Positions 24,677 through 38,400 of a stretch of DNA of 64,000 bases are shown here, piece by piece. This stretch comes from Paraspadella gotoi (Eukaryota > Animalia > Chaetognatha), in contig CM119265.1 of the NCBI GenBank assembly GCA_051294375.1, positions 286,328-350,327 of the forward strand, read 5' to 3'. Position numbers and translations under genes: made by a program. Under the pieces are notes generated by a model, which did not search any database, was not told where the DNA came from, and saw only the letters and a program-made list of their open reading frames with translations. Positions within the stretch are counted from its first letter, which is position 1; each line of letters opens with the position of its first letter.

Positions 24677-25414
24677 TGAAGAGACAGTAAATTATTGTTA
24701 TGAGTTAGTGACAGAAGCCGTTCATATAATAAGCCAGTCCCTGAGCTCTTCGGATGAGGCTTGTAACACCGTGTTACAAGGCGGTTATAGCGCCCCGGCC
24801 CTCTTAGCTGTAACCTTGCCAAGACTGAACGACCGGGCTAGAACCCCGCGGACCTTTGGTTGGGGGAAGGTGAAATGTCTTGCCTCTGGCACTAATGGCC
24901 GCTGATGAAAGGTTGATGGAAGTATGTAGTCCACCATAATCAATCCCCCTCCCCGGTAGGGAGAAAGTTGCTGTTGCGGTCTTTCCCAGTGGAATTTTGT
25001 TGTTGTTGTTTGGTGGAAAAGTTTATGTCAACCAAAAGTTGAGGCATGTCGCCTGAATGTGTTGTGGGCGGAAAGTGCATCGCCAGGTTTGAGGGCAAAT
25101 GTCGCCTGAAAAAGTGTTGTTGGTTGGCTGTTGGTCGTTCGGAAGTCGGGCTAAAACGCAATGAAAGAGACAGTAATTATTGTTATGAAGTTTAGTGACA
25201 GAGAACGCGTTAAAAGTATAAGCAGTCACTGAGGCTTCGGATCAGGCTGTAATACCGTGTTACAGGGCGGGTTAACAAACCGCCCGTCCCTCTTAACTGT
25301 GCGCAGACGACACCGGGCTAGAAAGCCCGGACCTTTGGGTTGGGAGGCGAATGTTTTTTGTTTCCGGAACCAATGGCCGCTGAATGAACGGTTGGTTGGA
25401 TTGTAGTTCCACCA
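24677..25414. repeat. Pair of ~255 bp direct repeats (24677-24936, 25162-25414) around a ~225 bp spacer; TRIM-like
   Basis: Both copies read TGAA(A)GAGACAG...CCACCA. Confidence 0.6.
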
Positions 25415-28400
25415 ATAGATAATGTTTTTAGCTTAGACTTTAAAAATGTTGTGGATATTTGTTTTTAGCTATAATTCAATTGTTAGAAGTTTGCTTTTGT
25501 CAGCTTTTCAATGCTTTTATATCTCATTCAAGTTAAGAAGAAGTTTGCTCTTTGCTGGTTATTTGAATTGAGAGAACTATTACATAATTTTATCAGTGTA
25601 TAAAATTTTGTAAAGTTGCCTTTTAAAGTTTGAAAAAGTTTGATTAAATGAGATTTTTATGAAAAAATTGAATAACTTTGTAAAAACATAATAATAGACT
25701 ATTTTTCTTTCTTTCAGAATGGTTTACCTCGGTACTATACTGCTAAATGCCTCAGTAAAGTCGAAGTCCTCTAAAGTTTTCTTAAAAATCGCTTAGCATT
25801 GGAATCCGTCTTTGGTCTCACGACAACTTTTGTTTTTGGAAATTGAGTACGGTGTTAGAATGTCTGTCCTGGTCTGTCTGTTTGTCTGTCTGTTGGTCTG
25901 ACTGGGTTGTGTAATGTATGTGCGCCATTTTTTCTGACAACTATGACTGCCTGTTTTTCGTTGCAGTCTGTCTTTCCCCCCTGTGTGCATGGATGAAATT
26001 TGAAAGTCAATCTTCATTAAACTTTTTAATCCAATTTTCTCCTCTCCTCTCTGTCTCCTACCTCATTCTCTCTCTCATACCCTCTCATCTCATCTTTGAT
26101 ATAAACTCACCCTCCACCCCATTTTGTCACAGCCAATTCCCCTACCCTTTCTGCTTTCTCCTTCTTCCTGCCTCACTCCTTACCAATCGCTCACCACTCT
26201 TCCCACTTCCACATTTAAAGCGTTTTTTAAAAATTCCAATTTATCTTAAAATTAAGATGTTCTAAAGTTTGAAGAAGATGAACAAATTCTATGTATGAAA
26301 AATTTATTGTAATTATAATTTTTACGAATTTAAACGCAAGTAGTCCATATTTTTACTTAGGTACAAAAAGCCCCGAATAAATGTTTAAATTTTTAAAATA
26401 GTTTCTTTTGGGAAGATTTTTTTTGTGACGAGATTTGATTTTTCGACGTCATGAAAAAAGTTTAATAGAAGAAATTCAATTCGTTTTTGCAAAAATGTCC
26501 TTTTTATTAAGTTGGTCAGATTAAGAATGAGGTGAAACACTGTATAAAATTTATTATACATATGTCATATTTATATATATGTATAGTAAATAGGTATTAA
26601 TTATTAAATAGGTGTAAATTTCAAAAAAATACAAATTTTAAATTTTAAGAATCGGATTCGGTATTCCTATTACAAAAAGTTGTTATGAATAAGAAAGAGT
26701 ATATAATTATTTTTTTAAAAGTTAAAAGTTGTTTTATTAAGTTGGTCAAAAATAGAATAAAAAAAACTATATTTAAGATACCGATTTTAAAAATTCCCAG
26801 GTTTTAAAAATATTAGGTTTTTGCAAATTGTTAACCCGACTTAAATAATATATAATAATTTTTGAAAAAATATTTATATTTTCTCTCTTCAAATTTTTTA
26901 ACGAAGGAAATTGAAATCTGTTCTCAAAAATTAAAAAAAAAAAAACATGTTTTAAATTTGAAATATATAAGGGTTGCTATAATAGCATAAATAAGCTTGA
27001 GCTGGGCTACTATATTGTGGTAAAAAAAAGGGAAAGAAAAGTAAGTTACAGATTAAGTATTCACTAATATGGTAAGTTTTTAAATAGTATATAACTGCTA
27101 AAATTTTGAATTCGAAACTTTTCAACTATTTCACCCCTATGGTCCATGGTCATTAAGGCGGAAAAAAGTAAAAAAACCTAAGAGTTCTGTAATGTAAATA
27201 ACGTTAGAGCATCCCTGTAGGATGAACGAAATAAAAAAGCAAAAAAATTAAGGATTTTTATATAAAGTTAATAACATAGAAGCATTTAAAGTTTATTGGT
27301 ATTACTATAAATCAATGAAAAGTTTTTTTTTCCAAAATCAGAATTTTTTAAAAACGGATTCGGTAGAGATGTTAAAAATAAAAAAATAAATAAAAAAAAT
27401 ACTTTTAACAAGAAATTTCCAAATTTTTTTTGTTTTATTGCCTTTAAAATTAGCCAAAAAAACTATAAAAAAAAATTATGGATATAATGATGATGATGAA
27501 AAATAATTTTCCAAGAGTTTTTTCTAATTAAATTATTTGACCCGATTATCAACATCGAAAAAATAATGAAAACCGCAAAATTATACTTTGTAGACAACTT
27601 GTAATGGGCTATCTGAATCCGGTTCTTTAAAAAAAAAATAAAATTTTTACAAAAGTTAAATTGTTTTATTGCCTAATGCAGTTGATAAATCTTTAAATTT
27701 TTTAAATGTTATACTGTGCTTTACCACAGTAGTTAAAAGGAAAAAAAGGTGAATAGTAATATGATTAAGTATATGATAGACAAAAAAAGTGATCAAAATT
27801 TTTGACGCCAGCGCCTTAATGGGGGTCATATATCATAAAACCTTATTTTAAGACAGGCTAAAATTAAAATTTTAATATATTAAATATACTAGTAGCTTTT
27901 TTTAAAAATTTTTAAACGAATACCACTTGAAGTGGCCATAGCGATAAAATTTAAATTCTAAATGTATCCACAGCTTAAATAAATATATATGAACATAGTT
28001 ATAGTAAATTAAAATAATTTTTTTCCAGAAAGATTATTTTTTTCTGAGGGTACTAGCCCTAAATAAAGTTATTAATTAGTATTAAAGAAAACAAAAAACA
28101 TTTGAAAAATCTTACAAATTTTTTAAATGATTATGAAGAGCAAAAAAGTTAAACGAGAAATATAATTACGCTTTTAAAAATTTCTTACGTTTTCTTAATA
28201 AAATTTAAAAAATGATAAAATTATCAAAGATTTGATGATGATTTCTATAAATTTTCATTAATTTTTTTTTTATTTTGACCTATTTATCATAAAATATTAA
28301 AAAAAAGAATTATACAACATCATTGTGTAGACCACCAACTTTTTATGAGCTATCTGAAATCTGATCTTAAAATTTAATTTCTCAAAAAGATGTTGGCCCT

Positions 28401-29090
28401 TTCCTATCTATAAAAATAAATATTAAAAAAATAAATTACCTAGGGTTATGAGACCAATAAATTTTGTCCATTGAAAGTATAATTAAATGTATAATTTTCG
28501 GTTCAGCATGTACTCACTCTAATTTTTGACTCACACCCATTAAGTGCGTCTTGAAGAAAAAAAAATTAAAATTTATTTATATTTTTCTTTTACCAACTTT
28601 CAAACAAAAGAAATAAATCTGCAATGCAAAATTAAGAAGCCTATTTTTAAGATTTTTTCGATATATCAATATAGCCTACTGCGTAAAATTGAAGAACTTT
28701 AAATTGATTCTTATGAAAATAAATTAATGTTCCACGGAATATAATTTCCATACATAACTTTGACCTCGGCTCTAAACCCCACATCCCACTTTCCCACCAG
28801 CGACTCTAACCACCCCATGCACGCCTTCCTGCCTCCGGTGGCCACACTTCAACAGTCTTCCTCCCACATGAATCGTGCCTTTCATCTTCGTCATCTTTCT
28901 CAGGATCACTCGAACGACTGGAACTGCTTATCCTTGACTGCCGCGGAATGATCAAACCCTCGATCGGCGCCTTAACTCCTCGCAGCAGTTCTATGGGCGA
29001 TTGGTCCTTCCCGGCGCAAACGAGTTGGAAGGGCGTGGTTGCGGCGCTGCTCAGTTTGCGGTACCCNNNNNNNNNNNNNNNNNNNNNNNN

Positions 29091-31403
29091 NTCAATTTTT
29101 GTCTCAAAACAAAGAATCGATAAACAAAGTCATCGAAGTCATGTGACAAGCTTTTCCCTGCATCGCGCGCCTAATTAAGACTGTCATCAATATAGTCACG
29201 CCTTNNNNNNNNNNNNNNNNNNNNNNNNNNNNNNNNNNNNNNNNNNNNNNNNNNNNNNAGCCAGCCACACTTGGTGAACCCAACTTCGGACAAAGCCAAA
29301 CCTTCAAGAAGGGAACCAGCTCATCAAAATCTTCCCTGAGGTAAGATTGGGCGCAGAGATCGGGTTAAGCTTAATCCCAATCTTGCTGACACCTTCCCTT
29401 CCTTTTATCTACATAATACGGAGTCAACGACGCCGTCGACGACGAGAACGACGCCGGCGTCTCCTTCCCGACGCCACGACGCCGCCGGCAGATCAAAAGG
29501 ACGCCGCCAGCGACAAACTCGGGGACGACGAACGATTCNNNNNNNNNNGAATATCGGTCCCCGGTTGCATCCTCGACGACCCTCAGAACGACGACGCAGC
29601 GTTGCAACGCCAANNNNNNNNNNAATTAGCAAAACTCCGCTTAGAAGTGGCTAGACTTCAACCGACAGAAACTTCCGCCCATCAACAACCCGCCGTCCAC
29701 ATCCCCAACAACCTCGAATCGGCTCGATACGTTTTCATCAAGAGAGCGGGGGTTCATCCTCCACTCATTCCGCCATATGAAGGGCCCTACAGAGTAATCA
29801 GCAGAAACGGACTTAACATCACCGTCGAGATCCCAAGCACCGGGCGCGAAGTGGTCAACATCGCACGCGTCAAACCGGCTTGGTTGAGCGACGAGGTGTT
29901 GGAGGTCGACTCCGAGCATCCCCATCGACGCCCAGCGGGCCGCCAACCCGGCCTCAGGACGAGAGAAGCGACGACATCTACTCGAACAACGCGAGCAAGA
30001 AATGAACGCGCCGCTTCACCCGATGCTCCTCCTCCTCCTCCTCCTCCCACCACTTCCACTCCCAAAACAACCCCACCTCCCCACCTCCATCCCCCTTTGT
30101 CTTTTTTCTCTCCATCTTCAGGTTCTCCCGAGCCTCCACGCGAAGACGGTCCAAGGCAAAATCGACTCGAAGGCGAAAATGACAACAACAACAAAGAAGC
30201 GAGACGAGATGAGCCAACGTTCGAAAGGTTTTCAAAACCAACAAGCGACAACTTCTCCAGAAGATGTCCTCCTCGTCCGACTTATTCAGTTGTCTTGAAA
30301 GAGATGCTTCGACGTCAAAAAGAACAAAACGATAACAATAACAACAACAAAAAACAAAAGGCCCCCCTGCCGGCCTAACCAACAATCGGAGCTATCTTCT
30401 CCCGGCATCCTCGGATCTTCCTCCCGTCAGCTCCGATTGTCAGTCTTACAAATTACCCATTACTATTAATATTAGTAATTTTATTTTTCAATTTTAGTAG
30501 TTTTTCGAATTTTTGTGAATGTTATGGAATTTTGGAGTNNNNNNNNNNAATCGATAAATTTTACACATGTTTAAACCGGTCATTTAGACCACCATTTTAT
30601 ACTCGTTATATATATTTCAAATTATATATTGTTTTCAACACACTTTACAAACATACAGATGGACGACAACAATTTGTTTTAAATATTGTAAATACCCAAT
30701 ATTACAACAGGGGGGGATGCGGCCACCTGAGAGAATCAAATCTAATTAGAAATATATTCCTCCACACCGGCTCGAAACCATCGCAGCTCAGGCCTGGTAA
30801 GCTTTCGAGCTACAAGCTCTAGACCAACCAGTAGGGCCCTGAAAATCGACTGCTAGATTCTCAGTTTAAGATTGAATTCAAGTCGAATTGCCTTTTGTTT
30901 TTCCCAAACAACATGATTAATGCTTCTTCAAAACAAAAGGATGGCTTCCGCCATAGAAATGAGTTTGACAGTGTTGATTGTTACCTCCATTTTTGTCTTT
31001 CTCTGTTTTAAATCACTTCTGTCTGATTTTATCTCGAAGTACAAACTGTTCTTAACTTAACAATTGTATGAATCTCGATTTTTATTCATCTTCTATAATG
31101 TAATAAATACATTTAAGACATTGAGAAAGTCATTTTTAAAACAATTCGACATTAAATAAATCACCTTGAAATAAAACAAACAATGTTTTAAAACAAGACT
31201 TCAAGTAATTCAATTTTTGTCTCATTAAACAAAGAAGAATCGAGTAAACAAAGTTCATCGAAAGTCATTGTGACAAGCTTTCCCTGCATTCGCGCGCCTA
31301 ATAAGACTGTCATCAATTATAGTCACGGCCTTTAGCAGCCGAGTCACGGGCTTGTGTCACGCCTCACCGTTCACGGTTGTCCGCATCTCGCGAGCCAGCC
31401 ACA
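29091..31403 (+). mobile_element. F2 pieces: 5' LTR end, PBS and leader (29091-29538), N-gap, integrase tail to stop at 30378, PPT, 3' LTR 30718-31403
   Basis: Matches 6620-7075 in reverse complement. IN tail GPYRV...PTYSVVLKEM; PPT GGGGGGGA at 30710-30717. Confidence 0.9.
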
Positions 31404-32043
31404 GGTTAGGTAGGTTTAGGTTAGGTAGGTTAGGGCTTAGGGTGGGTTAAGGGTTACGGGAAGGTTAGGGTTAGGGTTAGGCGTTAGGGTTTAGGGTTAG
31501 GGTTTAGGGTTAGGTTAGGGTTAGGGTTTAGCGGGGTTGGTTAGGGTTAGTAGGGTTAGGGTTAGGTTTAGGGTTAGGGTGGGTTAGGGTTAGGGTAGTG
31601 GGTTTGGGTTAGGTACGGTTACGGGTTAGCGGTTAGGGTTAGGGTTAGGTGCGTGTTAGTGTAGGGTTAGGGTTAGGGTTAGGGGTTAGGGTTGGTTAGT
31701 AGGGTTAGGGTTTAGGGTTAGGGTTAGAGGGTTTAAAGGGTTAGGGTTAGGGTTAGGCGTAGGTTAGGGTTGGAGTTAGGGTTAGTGCGTCTAGGGTTAG
31801 GGTTAGGGGTTAGCGGTTAAGCGGTTAGGTATGGGTTAGGGGTTTAGGGTTAGGGTTACGGGTTTAGGGAGTAGGTTAGGCGTTGGGTTAGGGTTAGGGT
31901 TAGGGTTAGGTTTCGAGGTTAGGGTTAGGGTTAGGGTTTAGGTTTAGGGTTTAGGGTTTAGGGTTAGGGTCTAGGGTTAGGGTTAGGGCTTACGGCGTTA
32001 GGGTTAGGGTTTAGGGTTAGGGTAGGGTTAAGGGTTAGGGTTA

Positions 32044-32074
<31 letters not shown>

Positions 32075-32659
32075 GGTTAGGGTTAGGGCGTTAGGTTAGG
32101 GTTAGGTTAGGGTTAGGGTTAGGGTTAGGGTTAGGGTTAGGGCTTAGGGTTAGGGTTAGGTGGAGGTTAGGGTTAGGGTTAGGCGTTTAGGGTTAGGGTT
32201 AGGGTTAGGTAGGGTAGCGTTAAGGGTTAGGCGTTAGGGGTTAGGGTTAGGTTAGGGTTAGGGTTAGGGGCGTTAGGTTAGGGTTTAGGGTTAGGGTAGG
32301 GTTAGGGTTCAAGGGTTAGGGTTGTTAGGGTTAGGGGTTAGGGTTAGGGTTAGGGTTAGGGTTAGGGTTAGGGTTAGGCGTTAGGGTTAGGGTTAGGGTT
32401 AGGGTTTAGGGTTATGGGGTTCTAGGTTAGGGTTTAGGGTTAGGGTTAAAGGGTTTAGGGTTAGGCGGTTAGGGTTAGGGGTTAGGGTTAGGGGTTAGGG
32501 TTAGAGGTTTAGGGTGTTAGGGTTTTAAGGGTTAGGGTTAGGGTTAGGGTTAGGGTTAGGGTTAGGGTTAGGTTAGGTTAGGGTTTAGGGTTAGGGTTAG
32601 TGGTTAGGGTTAGTTAGGGTTAGGTGTTAGGGTTAGGGTCTTAGGGTTAGGGGTTAGGG

Positions 32660-32700
<41 letters not shown>

Positions 32701-32868
32701 GTTTAGGGTTAGGGTTAGGTTAGGGTTAGGGTTAGGGTTAGGGTTAGGGGTTTAGGGTTAGGGTAGGGTTAGGGTGGGTTAGGGTTAGGGTTAGTTAGGG
32801 TTAGCGGTTTAGCGGGGTTATAGGGTTAGGGTTGTTTAGGGTTAGGTTTAGGGTTAGCGGTTAGGGTA

Positions 32869-32904
<36 letters not shown>

Positions 32905-33150
32905 GGTTAGGGTTAGGTTAGGTTAGGGGTTAGGCTAGGGTTAGGGTTAGCGTAGGGTAGGGTTAGGCGTTAGGGTTAGCGTTAGGGTTAGGGTTAGGGT
33001 TTAGGGGTTAGGGTTATGGTTAGGGTTTAGGGGTTTAGGTTAGGGGTTAGGGTTTAGGTTAGGGTAGGTTAGGGTTAGGGGTTAGGGTTAAGGGTAGGGT
33101 TAGGGTTAGGGTTAAGGTTAGGGGGTTAGGGTTGAGGGGGGTTAAGGGGG

Positions 33151-33183
<33 letters not shown>

Positions 33184-34627
33184 GGTTATTAGGGTTAGGG
33201 TCTAGTTAGGGTTAGGGGTTATAGGGTTAGGGTTAGGAGGGTTAGGCTAGGTTAGAGGGTTTTAGGGTTAGGTTAGGGTTAGTGGGTTAGGGTTAGGTGG
33301 TGGGGTTGGTTAGGGTTAGGGTTAGGGTTAGGGTTAGGGTTATAGGGTTAGGGTTAGGGTTAGGGTTAGGGTTAGGGTTAGGTGGTTAGTTAGGGTTACT
33401 TAGGGTTAGCGGTGAGTTGGTTAGGTTAGGAGGTTAGCGGTTAGGGTAGGAGGTTAGGGTGTTAGGGTTAGGGTAGTAGGGGTTGTTAGGGGTTAGGGTT
33501 AGCGGTTAGGGTTAGTTGGGTTAGGGTTAGGGTTAGCGGTCTAGGGTTAGTAGGTTTAGGGTTAGGGTAGGTTAGGGTTAGGGTTAGGGTTAGGGGTTAG
33601 TCAGGGTTAGGGTTAGGGGGGGTTAGGGTAGTTAGGGTTAGGGTTAGGGGGTTAGGCGTTAGGTTAGGGTTTAGCGGTTAGGGTTAGGGTAGGAGTTTAG
33701 GTGTTAGGGTTAGGGTTTAGGGTTATGGGTTAGGGTGTTAGGGTTAGGGGTTAGGAGTTAGGTAGGTGTTAGGTAGTTGGGTTTAGGGTTAGGGTTAGGG
33801 TTAAGGGTTAGCGTTAGGGGTTAGGGTTAGGGTTAGGGTTACGGTTAGCAGGGTTAGTTAAGGGTGGTTAGGCGTTAGGGTTAGGGTTAGGGTTAGGGTT
33901 AGGGTTAGGGTTAGGTTATAGGGTTAGGGGTTAAGGTCAGTAGGGTTAAAGGGAGGGTTAGGGGTTGTTAAGGGTCTAGGTTGGCTTACGGTGGGTTAGG
34001 GTTAGTGGTTACAGCGGTTAGGTCGTTAGGTTAGGGTTAGGGCTTGGTTAGGGTTGGTTAGCTTAGGGTTAGGGTTAGGGTTAGGGTTAGTTAGGGTTAG
34101 GGTTAGGGTTCGGTGGGTTAGGGTTAGGGTTATGGGTTGGGTTAGGTTAGGGTTAGGGTTAGGGTTAGGTTAGGGTTTAGGGTTAGGGTTAGGTGGTTAG
34201 GGGTTAGGGTTAGGGTTAGGGTTGATTAGGGTTAGGGTTAGGGTTTTAGGGTTTAGGGTTAGCGGTCTAGGGTTAGGGTGGTCGCACAATAAGGTGTTAG
34301 GGTTAGGGGTAGGGGTTAGGGTTAGGGTTCTAGGGTTGTAGGTTAGGGTAGGGTTAGGGTTAGGTTAGGTTAGGTAGGTATAGGGTTAAGGGTTAGGGTT
34401 AGGGTTAGTTAGGGTTAGGTTAGGGTAGTTAGGGTTAGGGTTAGGGTTAGGGGGGGTTAGGGTTAGGGGTTAGGTGGGTTAGGTTAGGGTAGGGTTAGGG
34501 TATCGGTTATTAGGGTTTAGGGTTAGGAGGTTAGGGTTAGGGTAGGGTTAGGGTTGGGTGTTAGGGTTTAGGGTTAGGGTCTAGTAGGCGTTAGGTAGGT
34601 GTTAGGGGTTAGCGGTTAGGTTAGGGT
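31404..34627. repeat. Telomeric repeat (TTAGGG)n, ~3.2 kb, noisy
   Basis: Direct reading; bounded by the F2 and F5 LTR ends. Confidence 0.97.
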
Positions 34628-35089
34628 TGTGCAGGACGGTCAGAGGGCAGGTTTAGCTTCAGATAACCTGGTCGATGGTCATGGCAACTGGAACGTCTTA
34701 GTTCTAAGATGATATCTCTTTTAGTTGATCACGTGATGAGATTCATCAGGGAAAGGTAAGGCGTTATAATTCGAATTGATTGGTAAAATTAATTGATTTT
34801 GTTTTTATATTCAGTTTTAAAATTTCTCATTGATTAATGTATTTGATTACAAGAAGAAGAATTAAATAACGAGATTTAGAGTAATAAAAACATGTTCTTG
34901 TTATCAAGATAAAAACCAGTTGAATCAGCTTCAGAAAACAATCAATAAAGTAAGGCAATCAAAAGAGAAAAACAAAAGTCATCATATAACGACATCTCTT
35001 GAGAGTTAGATGAGTTGAGAGAAAACAAAAGGTTTCGTTTTGTTTTAAAGTTTTAAATAACGAATTTAACAGCTTACGATTTTGTGCGT

Positions 35090-35165
35090 CGTCTGGATGG
35101 CTTAAGTCCGGTGACTGAATCGTCCCAGGCCCTTAGGTTCCAGGTTCGATTCACTGGGAGCGGAT
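35090..35165 (+). ncRNA. tRNA-like Pol III cassette in F5 LTR (antisense)
   Basis: TGGCTTAAGT A-box-like and CCAG-GTTCGATTC-ACTGG T-arm. Second copy at ~50897-50970. Confidence 0.65.
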
Positions 35166-35449
35166 AAGTTATTTCTTAATTGATCTAACTTCCTGAGGTG
35201 ACCGCACGCCCCCTTGTCGAAATATATACGGGTAATTAATAGTAATAATTCGAACATAAAACGTTGTCGTCCACAGAATGTTTGAAAGTATGATGAAAAA
35301 TAAATTATCAAAATTATATGGGTATAACAATTTAAAATAGATTACCGACTGACTCTTGACTTTAAAAATCATCTTTATCATCGCCAAAATTCAAAATTTC
35401 CAAAATTCAAAAATTTCAAAATTTACAAAAATCATTAATATGGGAATAA

Positions 35450-38400
35450 TTACAACATTTGGTCGGCAGTCGGAATCAACACCGAGGATGCTGATGGAGG
35501 AAGATGGACGAGGCGATTCCGACTGTCGGCGTGCGCGGCAACGGGGCTTTTGTTGTTTTTGTTGTTGTTATTATTGTCATTTTGTTGGCGTCGAAGCATC
35601 TCTTTCAAAACGATAGCGTAAGTCGGTCGCTCGTTCTTGTTATTGTTGTTGTAATTGTTTTCGTTTTGCTTCGACTGCTCTTTGTTGTTGTTGTTGTTGT
35701 TGTTCCCGCCTTCTAATTGTCTAAGTTGCTTCTTTCCGTTGCCAGCTTGTCGATTCGAAAAGTTTCCCGCCGTCGGCTTCGAAAATCGCCACGTTGGCTC
35801 GTTCTCGCTTGCTGAGTTGTTGTTGTTGTTCTTCTCGCCTTCTTTTTGATTTGCGATTTGAGTTGTCGAGCGGAGAACGCCGGGAGAAGACGAAGCTGGA
35901 AGGAAAAAATGAAAAGGGGATGTTTGTGGGTCGGGGGGAGGGAGGGGGTTCTGGGGTGAAGAGGGGAAGTTGGTAGGGGGAGGAGGAGGAGGAGGAGGAG
36001 GAGGAGAAAGAGGAGAAAGAGGAGGAGGAGACGGAGATCTCGCGTTTTCTCTCATCGATCTTGTTGTTCTTGACGTTGACGCTGGGATTCTTGTTCTCAC
36101 TCCGGGTTGACGTCCCTGGGGACGTCGTTGACGCTCCTCTGGCTCGCTCGTCTCCAGGCTATCCTCGCTAATGAAGGCCGGTTTGACGCGCGCGATGTTT
36201 ACGACTTCTCTGCCGGTACTTGGGATCTCTATCGTCATGTTAAGTCCATTTCTGTTGACTACTCGATATGGGCCCTCATATGGGGGCACGAGTGGAGGGT
36301 TGACGCCTGCCTTTTTGACGAAAACGAATTGAGCTGTTTCCAAGTCGGCGGGGATATGAGTCGCTGGTCGATGATGCGCGGAGGTTGAAGTGGGTTGAAG
36401 TCGAGCCACTTCAACGCGAAGGCTAGCGAGTTGATTACGCCTGTGACGCTGGAGATTGGCGTCGTCTGCTTGATTCTCTCCGAGGATGCTTCCTGGGATG
36501 GCGAGGCCTTCCCCGAAGACCAGGTCGGCGGCTGAGGCGCCGATGTCTTCCTTTACTGTCGTTCGAATGGCGAGTAGAGTCAAAGGAAGCTTCCAGTACC
36601 AGTTTTCCCTCTCGTTACGCGCCAATGCCATGATGGATTCTTTTAGCCTTCTATGGAACCTCTCTACAAGGCCGTTTGCCTGAGGATGGTAGGCAGTTGT
36701 CATGGAATGTTTTATTCCCCATTGACGAGTTAATTGGCGCCATAATGCTGAATTAAACTGCGTTCCTCTGTCTGTAGTGATGACTGCTGGGACTCCAAAG
36801 TTGCTAATCCACTCATGGCTTAGTGCATCGAGGATTGTTGTGGTGAGTGTATCTCGAAGTGGAATCGCCGTCGGCCATCTTGAAAAGCGGTCGACGACGG
36901 TCAACAGATGTTTATATCCGTTAGAGACTGGCATTTTGACCAGATCCAAATTCAGGTGCTGGAATCGACGTGGAGGTATCTTGAATTCTCCTATTTCTGG
37001 AATAGTGTGCCTCGTTACTTTTGAGCGTTGACAATCTGTACATTCTCTAGCCCACTTCGTTACGTCTTGTTTGATGTTAGTCCAAACGAATTTAGACGTT
37101 ATCGCTTTTTTCGTTGCTTCAATGCCAGGGTGGCCAAGACCATGTATTGTGTCGAAAATTTTTCTGCGCCACGCGGCTGGCACAAAAGGACGCGCTGGGC
37201 CATTCGAAATGTCTACTAATAGTTGTTCATCGCCTACTTGTATTTTCCTGAATGTAAGGCCCGATCTCGCTTCTTCAGATATTCTTTGATAGTCTGAGTC
37301 GAGTGCCTGCTCTCTGGCCATTTGTTCGAAGTTGATTTCGAATGTCGTAAGAGAGTTTATGACGGCCTGGGCGTCTTCGAGGCGATTTGGTTTTATTGGT
37401 CGGTCAGTCTTGTCCTCAAGTCGCTCGTTTTCCTCGCTTGTTGTTGTTGTCGCGTCATCTTTATTGTCGACGTCGACGTTAGCGATTTTGACTCTCGTTT
37501 GATCGTCTTCCGCTTGTCGCTGCGGCTGCTGCTGAGGCTGCTGCGTTGACGAGGCGGCTGTCGCTGATGTATTGGGACGAGAGAGGGCATCAGCGACAAC
37601 ATTCGCTTTTCCCTTGAGATAGCGAATGTCTGTTGTAAATTCCGCTATGACGGATAATTGATAGGCTTGTCGAGCTGTCTGAGGTTCTGACTTCTTTTTC
37701 AGCGCAGGGATGAGGCTTTGGTGGTCTGTGTAGATCGTAAAGGTCCTTCCCTCGATCCAGTGGCGGAAATGACGCACTGCTCGAAATGCTCCAAACAATT
37801 CGCGATCGAAGGGAGGCCACAGTCTCTGATTCTTGGCAAGCTTCGCGGAAAAAAACGCTAGAGGCTCCCACCCCTTGGGGCCTCTCTGCTCCAAAACTGC
37901 TCCAACTGCGTGGTCCGAAGCATCGGTCGTGATGCATAATTGTGCACCCGTACGTGGGTGATGAAGGAGGGCGGCCTGGATAAGACCCTCCTTGATTGAT
38001 TCAAAGGCCCTTTCACACTCGTCGGTCCAGTTGAGAGCTTTTGGTTTTCCGCTAAGCGCTTCGTAGAGAGGCGTACAGCGGTGGGCGACCTTTGGCACGA
38101 ATCTTCGATAATAGTTTATCATGCCAAGGAAGCGTTGCAGCTCCTTGACAGTCGTTGGTCGCGTTGTTTCACGTAGTGTCTGCACACGTTCTGGAAGAGG
38201 TCGAACTCCGTTTTTATCGACTAGAAATCCGAGGAATTCAAGCGATTCCTGTCCCAAGAGGCATTTTTTGGTATTTACTACCAGACCGTTGTTATCGAGA
38301 GTTTTGAAGACTCGCTCGAGATCTACTAGATGCTCTTCGGGAGACGATGAAGCGACCAAGATGTCGTCCAGATAGACGAAGGTATGGGGGATATCCCCCA

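Noticed and set aside
25285-25350. Twister or hammerhead ribozyme in the direct repeats
   Set aside because: Core nucleotides are not shared by both copies; only simple hairpins are evident.
28760-29066. GC-rich block with TTPFQLV, resembling an integrase tail
   Set aside because: Too short, gap-bounded and without catalytic motifs to assign.
29347-30378. 343-aa ORF as a novel gene or internally deleted non-autonomous element
   Set aside because: It fuses leader sequence to the integrase tail across a 10-N gap; most likely assembly collapse.
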